A DNA stretch of 64,000 nt from Candidatus Woesearchaeota archaeon. GTDB lineage: Archaea > Nanobdellota > Nanobdellia > Woesearchaeales > 0-14-0-80-44-23. The notes beneath the pieces were generated by a model. It did not search any database. It was given only the letters and a program-made list of their open reading frames with translations, and was not told the origin of the DNA. Where the stretch lies: assembly GCA_038874135.1 (NCBI GenBank), contig JAVZCZ010000001.1:192001-256000 (forward strand), written 5' to 3'. The position numbers and the translations under genes were made by a program. Of this stretch, positions 47,181 through 55,112 are shown piece after piece (the stretch's first letter is position 1; every line of letters begins with the position of its first letter).

Positions 47181-47282
47181 TGGGCCCGTGGGGATTTGAA
47201 CCCCAGACCGCTGGTTCTCTTAGGTTTGATGCGAATGTGGCCTTATAAGACCAGCACTCTAACCAGTCTGAGTTACGGGCCC
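47181..47282 (-). tRNA. tRNA-Ile(TAT) with 27-nt intron at 37/38 (47217-47243)
   Basis: GGGCCCG acceptor stem; CTGGT-CTTATA^intron^A-ACCAG; canonical BHB (CTTA/TAAG central helix). Confidence 0.9.
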
Positions 47283-47330
47283 ATGCTGTTTTGGAAGTTT
47301 TAGGTTTGTATTTAAAGTTTTCCATGCGGA

Positions 47331-47912
47331 TTAAAAATATTTGTTCTGCTTGGCGTAGCTTATGAATTCTTCAAAGATCTGGTTTATCTCTGGGAATGGC
47401 GTGAAGTAGTGCTGCTTTTTTTCTCTCAGTTGTTTCTCGGTTATTTTGTTTTGTTTCCACTCCTTTTTATTAAATGCTGCTTGTATTATCGGGTCTAATT
47501 TGTCTATTGCCTGGCAGAATTTTGCTTCAGGTGTAGTGTTCTCATCAAATTCTTTCCAGTACTTTATGAATTCTCGAAATATTGGTGTGGGAATGCTCTT
47601 TCTGAGGTTTTCCAAGGCGGAGTATTCAAGTTTTTTCTGGTTTCTAGTTGCGGCTTCGTCAAAGAAGTAGGTGTCTCCAGATTTTATTTCTATAAGGTCA
47701 TGGTACAGTAACATCTTGATTACTTTATTCTCATCTAGTTTCTGCTTTATTTTTGGAAGAAAGTATTCTGCTAGGAGTATGCAGCTCCAGGAGTGTTCGG
47801 CTGAGCTCTCAGCTCTGTTTCCAACAGATGAGCGTCGTTTTATCTCTTTTAGTCTGAACAGCTCGCTTAGCTTTTTTATTTCATTTATTGTGAATTTGAG
47901 TTCTTGGGACAT
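47331..47912 (-). CDS. HD-domain phosphohydrolase (YfbR/HDDC2-like)
   Basis: ESSAEHSW, YHDLIE..GD, AIDKLDP. Confidence 0.9.
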   Translation of the reverse strand: MSQELKFTINEIKKLSELFRLKEIKRRSSVGNRAESSAEHSWSCILLAEYFLPKIKQKLDENKVIKMLLYHDLIEIKSGDTYFFDEAATRNQKKLEYSALENLRKSIPTPIFREFIKYWKEFDENTTPEAKFCQAIDKLDPIIQAAFNKKEWKQNKITEKQLREKKQHYFTPFPEINQIFEEFISYAKQNKYF

Positions 47913-48030
47913 ATCTCATTCTTTCCCGCACTGACATTTTTCTTAAATTTAAATATTTTGTGAAATTAAAAAGAGTAAAATTTAAATAGTAGTGTATCTA
48001 CCTAAATGTAACAACAAAAAGGTGTTTTTT

Positions 48031-48558
48031 ATGGGTTACGATGTTGAACTGTATGTTCCGATGAGCGGACTGGAACACCTAGTTAAACTTGAAGCCACGC
48101 TCAGGAATGCAACTGAAAATTTGTCATTAAGTAAAAATATCCTAAATTTATATAAGGCTGGCAAAAATCTTGAGTTTACCCTATTAGATAATGGGTCTAA
48201 TTTCAAAATTAATCCTAAACAGCCTTTTATAATAATACCTTATCCTTCAGAAAGTGAGGAGTACGCTTCTAAATCAGAAAAATTTGAGTATGAAAGAAAT
48301 ATACTGCTACCAGAAGAAAAGATCGTAAATATTACTGATTTTATAGGAAAAATAAAAATAAGAGGAACTGTGAAAGTTCCTAAAAATGTGGAGGAAGTTG
48401 AAGATATACTCCGAGTTTTTAATATATTTAGTTTGAGCATATCTTACATCCGATTTAAAGATCAAAATTATCATAAGGGTGTTCGTTCTTTAGAAGAGGA
48501 TAAACCTGCAGTAGTTATAGTTAATCCTTTAAACATGCTTACTGTTGAATATAAATAA
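48031..48558 (+). CDS. Hypothetical protein (AT-rich)
   Basis: ORF with AGGTG RBS; no motif recognised. Confidence 0.55.
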   Translation: MGYDVELYVPMSGLEHLVKLEATLRNATENLSLSKNILNLYKAGKNLEFTLLDNGSNFKINPKQPFIIIPYPSESEEYASKSEKFEYERNILLPEEKIVNITDFIGKIKIRGTVKVPKNVEEVEDILRVFNIFSLSISYIRFKDQNYHKGVRSLEEDKPAVVIVNPLNMLTVEYK

Positions 48559-48661
48559 ACAAATCATTTTTAACGCCTAATTATACAGGATTAGAGTTCT
48601 TAGGTGCCTATTTTGTTTTGTTCCGCAACCTTTATAAAGAAGTTCCGAATTCTAAGCAGGC

Positions 48662-49045
48662 ATGGCAATAAGACAGGCAAGACCAAAGAGGAAACTAACT
48701 GGAAGAAGGTATGTTGATTATAGGAAAAAGAGGCTTTCCGAGCTTGGAAGGGCTCCGGCACTAACCAAGGTGGATGAAGAGCAGAAGGTTGTAAGCATTA
48801 GGGGAAGGGGAAAGAACTACAAATACAAGCTTCTCAGAGCAAGCATAGCTAATGTGCTTGACCCGAAAACTAAGAAGTATTCAAAGGTCAAGATAAAGAC
48901 GGTTATTGAGAGCCCTGCCAACATCTACTATGTTAGGAGAAACATAATAGTGAGGGGCACGGTAATAGAAACTGAGCTTGGTAAGGCGAGAGTTACCTCA
49001 AGACCTGGGCAGGATGGAATAATTAATGCCGTGCTAATAAAGTGA
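48662..49045 (+). CDS. rps8e: 30S ribosomal protein S8e
   Basis: RKLTGRR, ESPANIYYVRRNII, ARVTSRPGQDGIINAV. Confidence 0.97.
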   Translation: MAIRQARPKRKLTGRRYVDYRKKRLSELGRAPALTKVDEEQKVVSIRGRGKNYKYKLLRASIANVLDPKTKKYSKVKIKTVIESPANIYYVRRNIIVRGTVIETELGKARVTSRPGQDGIINAVLIK

Positions 49046-49225
49046 TTACAGGTCTCTAGCCATCAGCGTGTTTCTATTATTTTCTCTTGCTCTCCTGCAA
49101 GCCTCTTTTATTATCTGAACTACCTTCTTTGCAAGTGCCTCTTCAAACTCTTCTGAAACGCTAAGGGGCTTTCCGTCCAGCTCTGCGAAATCTCTGATTC
49201 GGCTTCTAACTATTATGTTTGGCAT
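49046..49225 (-). CDS. Short histone-fold protein (DUF1931 / face-to-face-type)
   Basis: IIVRSRIRDF..SVSEEFEEALAKKVVQIIKEACRRARENNRNTLMARDL (RxTxxxxD); GGAGG RBS. Confidence 0.8.
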   Translation of the reverse strand: MPNIIVRSRIRDFAELDGKPLSVSEEFEEALAKKVVQIIKEACRRARENNRNTLMARDL

Positions 49226-49820
49226 TTTTCTCCTCCAAAATTTTTTCAATCTGCTGTATCCTCTTTCGTATTATTTCAAGCTGAGCCCTCTTCTCAGGCA
49301 TCTGATCTCCACTGATGAGTTTGTAATATTTTTTCTTCAAAAGTAGGAGCTTGTCGTGAATGGCTTCTTCTTCGCTGATGCTCTTAAGAACATTACTTAT
49401 CTCTTTTTTCAGGCGTGCTTTTTTAACCTTGGAAAGTATTTTTTCTTCCAACTTTTTTATCCTTTCCTCCCGCGCTCTCTTCTCATTTATGTAAGAGTTG
49501 ATCGCGTTTTCAATTCTTAATAGGAAGTCGCTTATTTGCGTCTCATAAATGCCGGGCATCTCTCTGAGCTCGTACAGGCGCTGCTTGGCATACAACATGC
49601 GCTTGTCACTCTCGTCAAAAACCCTATTCAGAGAATCCATAACCTTAGTTATTCTCTCCTGGAGCTTTCCAGAAATTAGAACCTTCTCTGATTCTTCTTC
49701 TATTTCTTTTTTAGGCTTCTCACTCAGCTTGGCAGCTGCCCTACTCAAAGCCTTTACCAGAAATTCAAAAGAGTAGATGTCAATATTCTCGTAGGAAGAA
49801 TCACTTTGGGACATCGTCAA
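49206..49820 (-). CDS. Hypothetical coiled-coil protein
   Basis: Charged helical ORF overlapping both neighbours. Confidence 0.6.
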   Translation of the reverse strand: MTMSQSDSSYENIDIYSFEFLVKALSRAAAKLSEKPKKEIEEESEKVLISGKLQERITKVMDSLNRVFDESDKRMLYAKQRLYELREMPGIYETQISDFLLRIENAINSYINEKRAREERIKKLEEKILSKVKKARLKKEISNVLKSISEEEAIHDKLLLLKKKYYKLISGDQMPEKRAQLEIIRKRIQQIEKILEEKNAKHNS

Positions 49821-50226
49821 ACCCTGGAATGGTCCTAGGCTGTGTCTTCTGATAAGTATATGTTCTTTTAAGCGGAGAAGGGCTTGTTTGTGTCTTTGAA
49901 AGCTCAGGATTCTGTCCGAGGGCAGCTAATATTCTCGGCAGGTATTCTTCCAGAGTGTCCTCTATCATTAGAAGGCCCTTAGCAATCTTTTCGTTCTGTT
50001 GAACAAGAAGTGCCATGCTCTCTGAAGTTGCCGGCTTGCTTTTCAGCTGCTCAGTGGCTTCTTTAAAAACTTGGAGAAGCTCATTTATTGAATCTGAAAG
50101 GTTCTTTGGCTGAGCTCCAGGCTGCTCTGGAATCTGCTTTCCTCTGAGGTGCTCTTTCAGCTCAGCAATCTCTTTTCTTAACTCTAGAATTTCCCTGTGC
50201 GGTATGAGTTCGTACTCATCAGACAT
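49801..50226 (-). CDS. Hypothetical protein
   Basis: GAGGTG RBS; helical with Pro/Thr-rich tail. Confidence 0.6.
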   Translation of the reverse strand: MSDEYELIPHREILELRKEIAELKEHLRGKQIPEQPGAQPKNLSDSINELLQVFKEATEQLKSKPATSESMALLVQQNEKIAKGLLMIEDTLEEYLPRILAALGQNPELSKTQTSPSPLKRTYTYQKTQPRTIPGFDDVPK

Positions 50227-50366
50227 TTTTTACACCTCTTTTTGATTAAAAAGTAAAATCATGTCTCACCTTCTTTTAAGAGAGAGAGATTTATAAAACT
50301 TTTGTAGGAAGAATAAAGTATTAATCTTTCACGGCTTAAAAAGTTTTAAATAATTAAAGAAATTCC

Positions 50367-52136
50367 TTGGATGTAAAAAAGGGATTGGAAGAAATGAGAG
50401 ATACAAGCGAGAAAAATGGCGATTTTAACATAAGGACAGGATTAATGTCTGAGATAAGAAAGTATGCTTTGCAAAATGCAGTTCTGCACGATGGAAAGGC
50501 AGATGCTGGAGCAGTTCTTGGAAAAATATTAGGCGTAGAGCCTGAACTTAAAAAGGATATTCAACAGCTGAGGAAGATTATTGAAGAAGTAGTTGACGAG
50601 GTTAATTGCTCAAAGCTGGAAGTTCAGAAGAAGATGCTTGAAGAGATAGCTCCAGAGCTCCTTCAGAAGAAGGAGAAGTCAAACGAGTTGAAGGAATTAG
50701 AAGAAGTAGATACAAAAAAAGGAGTTGTCATGAGGTTTGCACCATCACCATCCGGACCGATGCATATAGGTCACGCGATAACTGGAGGAATAACAAGCCT
50801 TTATGTAAAGAAGTATGGAGGAAAGTTCATTCTAAGAATTGAGGATACAAACAGCGATAACATCTACGAGCCGGCTTATAACATGCTTGTAGAAGATGCA
50901 AACTGGATATTTGGCAATGTCTCTGAGGTTTGGATACAGTCTGATAGAATGGAAATATATTACAAGTACGCTAGGAAGATGTTGGAGATGGGTGCACTTT
51001 ATGTATGCACCTGCCCTAATGAAGAGTTCAAAAGGCATGTGGAAAACAGGACAGAATGCCCGTGCAGGAACCTTCCGATAGAGGAGCACCTTAGAAGGTG
51101 GGAGAAGATGCTGGATAGGGAGCATGGCTACAGGGAAGGAGAGGCAGTAGTCAGATTTAAGTCCAGCATGCAGCACGAAAATCCTGCGATGAGGGATTTT
51201 CCACTATTAAGAATAAACGACTCAAAGCACCCCAGGCAGGGGTTCAAGTATAGAGTTTGGCCCCTAATGAACTTCTCAGTGTTCGTGGACGATGTAGAAG
51301 CGGGAATGACTCACATCATAAGGGGAAAAGACCATATGGACAATGCCAAGAGGCAGGCAATGATGTATAAGGTTCTTGGCAGGAAGGAGCCCAAAACATA
51401 CTTTGTAGGTAGATATAAGTTCATAGGTTTAGAGCTCTCGTGCAGCAAAACCAAGCAGAGGATCTCAAAAGGAGAGTTCTCAGGCTGGGATGACATAAGA
51501 CTGCCATTCTTAGTAGCTCTTAGGAGGAGGGGCTACCAACCAGGAGCATTCTTGAAGTACGCGCAGATGAACGGCCTTTCTGAAGTGGATAAGACCGTGG
51601 CTGCTGAAGAATTTTTCAAAACTATAAACAAGTTTAACAAGGAGATAATAGATCAAATAGCGCGCAGGTATTTCTTTGTGGAAGAGCCTGTTGAGATAAC
51701 AATTGAAGGAGCGCCAAATGTGATATCTCACATTCCAAAGCATCCCGACCATCCGGAGTATGGAGTGAGAGAATTAGAGAGCGCGGGAAGGTTCTATATC
51801 AGCAGGCAGGACTATGAAAGCTTAGAGGCTGGCAAGCTCTACCGCCTTATGGACTGTCTAAATTTCAGAAGGGAAGGGAACAGGTTTGTGTTCATATCAA
51901 AAGATGTTGAAGAGTACAAGCGCGATGGTCATGGGATAATGCACTGGCTCCCGGTAGAAGCAAACTTGCCCAAGGTAAATGTATTAATGCCTGACAATAC
52001 GCTCAGAACCGGCTTAGGAGAGCCTTCTCTTAAAAGCCTGACAGTAGGGGAAGTTGTCCAGTTTGAAAGGTTCGGATTCGCCCGTATAGACAGTATTAAG
52101 AATGGAATCTTAGAGTTCTGGTTCGCTCACAAGTGA
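50367..52136 (+). CDS. gltX: Glutamyl-tRNA synthetase (true start may be 50394 or 50445)
   Basis: RFAPSPSGPMHIGH, LRIEDTN, HIIRGKDH, VQFERFGFARID. Confidence 0.96.
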   Translation: MDVKKGLEEMRDTSEKNGDFNIRTGLMSEIRKYALQNAVLHDGKADAGAVLGKILGVEPELKKDIQQLRKIIEEVVDEVNCSKLEVQKKMLEEIAPELLQKKEKSNELKELEEVDTKKGVVMRFAPSPSGPMHIGHAITGGITSLYVKKYGGKFILRIEDTNSDNIYEPAYNMLVEDANWIFGNVSEVWIQSDRMEIYYKYARKMLEMGALYVCTCPNEEFKRHVENRTECPCRNLPIEEHLRRWEKMLDREHGYREGEAVVRFKSSMQHENPAMRDFPLLRINDSKHPRQGFKYRVWPLMNFSVFVDDVEAGMTHIIRGKDHMDNAKRQAMMYKVLGRKEPKTYFVGRYKFIGLELSCSKTKQRISKGEFSGWDDIRLPFLVALRRRGYQPGAFLKYAQMNGLSEVDKTVAAEEFFKTINKFNKEIIDQIARRYFFVEEPVEITIEGAPNVISHIPKHPDHPEYGVRELESAGRFYISRQDYESLEAGKLYRLMDCLNFRREGNRFVFISKDVEEYKRDGHGIMHWLPVEANLPKVNVLMPDNTLRTGLGEPSLKSLTVGEVVQFERFGFARIDSIKNGILEFWFAHK

Positions 52137-52207
52137 GCACTTAATAATAGAAATATTTATAAATTGAATTGTATAAAAAAGTATACGAGTAGGTATTTTT
52201 CAGTAAG

Positions 52208-53440
52208 ATGAGGTGTTTGATAATGAATAAAAAGCCGACACTTACCCTTATTGCAACACTATTAGTATTATTCTTAATGCTTCCGGTAGTGCGAGCCGCT
52301 TCGAATGAGAACGCTGCATACTATTTGTCTAGGTTTATAGACTCGCTGATAAATCTCTGGAATGGTGACAGCAACGGCTTCAGCAGAAGTCTTGTGGACT
52401 CATTGCCACTATTCGCAGTTTTCCTGATGATATTTGTGATAATCTGGTTTCTCTCATCAGAAACAATATTCAGGGGAGCTCAGAATCCTAAGCTGTCAAT
52501 AGTTCTCGGCATAGCAATGGCACTCATTGCGATCTGGACTCCCACAGTATTCCAGTTTATAATGAAGCTTGGAACAATAACAATAGTTGTAATAACAATA
52601 ATAACATTCATACTGCTGGGAACTGTAGCTCAGAAGAGGGCAAGTATAGATATCTCATCTGCAAATACCGAACTTGCAAGGATTAGGCAGAGCGAGTTCA
52701 AAGAAGTAAAAGATGCAAAGAGGTTAGAACAGGATTTAAGAGTTGAAGCAACTCTTCAGGATAAAGAAAGAAACGAGCTTGTAAAAGCTGAAGAAGAGCT
52801 TAAAAGCCTACTCGCAGCAGATAAGGACATTGCCACTACGCTAAAGAGCATTCTTAACACTCTTGCACACATAAACGGAGTTAGGAGTGAGGGTGAAAAA
52901 GCAAAGTATATCTCACTGCTTCAGAGCCAGCTCTCAGCAGTAAATGCTAAGCTTGCCACAAGAATTAACAGGTTAAAAGACATTAAAACTAAAGTATTAA
53001 ATCTTGAGAAAGACATGAAGAAAAAAAATGTCATAGCTCAAGATGATGCAAAAAGAGTGAAAGAGCTATTAGAAGATGCTAAGAGAACTCCTAAAGAAAA
53101 TGATAAGAAGATTATAGAGATAGTAAATGAAGAAGTTAGTAACATGGAAAAACTTATAAAAGAGGAGGAAGAGCTCGCACAATCCATTAAAAAGTTGGAA
53201 ATATTAGATGAAGAGGACAATGCACGATTGAAGAATGCTATTCAGGACTCAATAAACAGTTTATACAATCACAATATTAATAATGCTATGACTGAAATAA
53301 ACAATGCATTACACCTACTTTCAATTACTGAAAAGTATGAGCTTGAAATTGGACAGATTGAAAACAAGATAGCTGATTTTGAGAACAGAATTAAGACAAT
53401 TGAGCGAAACATAGATGCTGCGATAAGGCAGATTGAGTAA
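52208..53440 (+). CDS. Hypothetical membrane protein with long C-terminal coiled coil
   Basis: Signal peptide, about 3 TM segments, then ~260 aa of heptad-rich sequence. Confidence 0.65.
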   Translation: MRCLIMNKKPTLTLIATLLVLFLMLPVVRAASNENAAYYLSRFIDSLINLWNGDSNGFSRSLVDSLPLFAVFLMIFVIIWFLSSETIFRGAQNPKLSIVLGIAMALIAIWTPTVFQFIMKLGTITIVVITIITFILLGTVAQKRASIDISSANTELARIRQSEFKEVKDAKRLEQDLRVEATLQDKERNELVKAEEELKSLLAADKDIATTLKSILNTLAHINGVRSEGEKAKYISLLQSQLSAVNAKLATRINRLKDIKTKVLNLEKDMKKKNVIAQDDAKRVKELLEDAKRTPKENDKKIIEIVNEEVSNMEKLIKEEEELAQSIKKLEILDEEDNARLKNAIQDSINSLYNHNINNAMTEINNALHLLSITEKYELEIGQIENKIADFENRIKTIERNIDAAIRQIE

Positions 53441-53511
53441 TCTCATTTTTCTTTAAAATTTTAAATTTAAAATAAAAAGCTTTATAAATAGAGCCCTAAC
53501 TCCAACTTCTA

Positions 53512-53582
53512 ACCTGTGATTGATGAGAGCCCTAAAGCTCGAATGAGGTAACTCTTCTTTAGGACTCTCTATGGGTGGAGGT
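53512..53582 (+). promoter_or_regulatory. rpl7ae 5'UTR with tandem kink-turns
   Basis: ACC-TGT-GA-TT-GAT-GA-GAGC-cctaaa-GCTC-GA-AT-GA-GGT downstream of TATA box at 53481. Confidence 0.7.
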
Positions 53583-53591
53583 AGTTTGAAA

Positions 53592-53942
53592 ATGCCGTCT
53601 GAAATAGCTGAAAAGGTTTTGGAAGCGATAGAGGTTGCCAAGACAACTGGTAAGATAAAGAAGGGCACAAACGAAGTTACAAAGGCAATTGAGAGGGGAA
53701 CTGCCAAGCTTGTAGTTTATGCTAAAGACATAACCCCTGCTGAGATAGTGATGCACCTGCCCCTTCTAGCTAAAGAGAAGGGAATTCCCTGCGTAGAGGT
53801 TCCAAGCAAGGAAGAACTGGGAGCTGCCTGCGGCATAGGAGTTCCGACTGCAAGCGTAGCCATAATAGAAGAGGGAGAAGCTAAGAAGCAGGTCAAGGAG
53901 ATAATTGAAGCATTGAATCCTAAAGAGAGCAAGAAGGAGTAA
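53592..53942 (+). CDS. rpl7ae: 50S ribosomal protein L7Ae
   Basis: [27 protein letters not shown]. Confidence 0.97.
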   Translation: MPSEIAEKVLEAIEVAKTTGKIKKGTNEVTKAIERGTAKLVVYAKDITPAEIVMHLPLLAKEKGIPCVEVPSKEELGAACGIGVPTASVAIIEEGEAKKQVKEIIEALNPKESKKE

Positions 53943-53948
53943 AAGGGG

Positions 53949-54284
53949 GTGCCTAAAATGAAGAAGGAAAAAGAGATGGTTACCCCTATCGGAATGGAAG
54001 AGGCTCCTGCAGGTAAGGGTGAAAAGCCCGGCAAGGAAGCCGCTCCCCAAGTGGCTGGCGGAAAGGTAACCTTCTCACAGGCGTGGAGCGCAAGGGTTGA
54101 AGAAGTTATCGGAAGAACCGGCACGCGTGGCGAGGTTACACAGGTTAGGTGCAAAATTTTAGAAGGCAGGGACGAAGGCAAGGTAATAAGAAGAAATGTT
54201 ATAGGCCCTGTCAGGGTTGGAGACATATTGATGCTGAGAGAAACTGAGATTGAAGCTAGGAAGCTTACACAATCAAGAAAGTAA
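53949..54284 (+). CDS. rps28e: 30S ribosomal protein S28e with N-terminal extension
   Basis: [38 protein letters not shown]. Confidence 0.95.
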   Translation: MPKMKKEKEMVTPIGMEEAPAGKGEKPGKEAAPQVAGGKVTFSQAWSARVEEVIGRTGTRGEVTQVRCKILEGRDEGKVIRRNVIGPVRVGDILMLRETEIEARKLTQSRK

Positions 54285-54302
54285 GGAATCAGGGTGGTCA
54301 TA

Positions 54303-54482
54303 ATGGCTAAGTGCAGCTTTTGTGGAAGGAACATTCCCAGGGGTACTGGAATAATCTTCGTTAGGACTAGCGGTAAGATCCTACACTTCTGCTCAACAAA
54401 GTGCCAGAAGAACATGCTCAAGCTGGGCAGGAAGCCTGGAAGGCTGAAGTGGACTGAGAAGTACGGAGCGGAGATGGAGTGA
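54303..54482 (+). CDS. rpl24e: 50S ribosomal protein L24e
   Basis: CSFCG..PRGTG..FCSTKC..LKWT. Confidence 0.96.
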   Translation: MAKCSFCGRNIPRGTGIIFVRTSGKILHFCSTKCQKNMLKLGRKPGRLKWTEKYGAEME

Positions 54483-54506
54483 ATCTTCACTTAGAAGGTG
54501 GGTGTG

Positions 54507-55094
54507 ATGAGCGATAAAAAGCCAGAGCATGAGCGTTTCATAGAAAGAACTTTGGTACTGATAAAGCCAGATGCAGTGCAGCGGGGCCTGATAGGAAGGA
54601 TTATTGAAAGGTTTGAGAATGTCGGCTTGAAGATTGTTGGGATGAAGATGATTCAGGCTGATAAAGAGTTGGCGATGAAGCACTATCCTAAGAAGTTGAT
54701 AGAGGTTATGGGAGAGAAAACTTTGAATGACTGGAAAGAGATGGGAATAAACACTGATTTGGATAAGGTCAGAATTGGAGAGAAGGCGTGGAACGATCTA
54801 ATCTCATTTGCCATAGAATCTCCGATGGTGGCTATAGTTCTGGAAGGTGTTCACGCTGTAGAGGTTGTTAGGAAGATGTGCGGGCCTACCTCTCCACATA
54901 AGGCGCCTCCTGGAACCATAAGGGGTGATTTTTCGCACATAAGCATGGGCTACGCTTCCAGTAGGGGCTTTGGCGGCAGGAATATAATTCATGCCTCAGG
55001 CAGCAAGGGTGAGGCTGAGGCTGAGATCATGCTCTGGTTCAAGCCGAATGAGATTTATAATTACCAGACGGTTTGGGAGAAGCATTTAAGATGA
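54507..55094 (+). CDS. ndk: Nucleoside diphosphate kinase
   Basis: ERTLVLIKPDAVQRGLIG, PGTIRGDF, NIIHAS. Confidence 0.95.
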   Translation: MSDKKPEHERFIERTLVLIKPDAVQRGLIGRIIERFENVGLKIVGMKMIQADKELAMKHYPKKLIEVMGEKTLNDWKEMGINTDLDKVRIGEKAWNDLISFAIESPMVAIVLEGVHAVEVVRKMCGPTSPHKAPPGTIRGDFSHISMGYASSRGFGGRNIIHASGSKGEAEAEIMLWFKPNEIYNYQTVWEKHLR

Positions 55095-55112
55095 AAAGGT
55101 GAGGTTGATAAA

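Noticed and set aside
53717-54490. 257-aa antisense ORF, and similar shadows at 20282-20986, 23703-24311, 24401-24955, 18173-18688 and 57274-58890
   Set aside because: Antisense to highly conserved genes; explained by codon bias.
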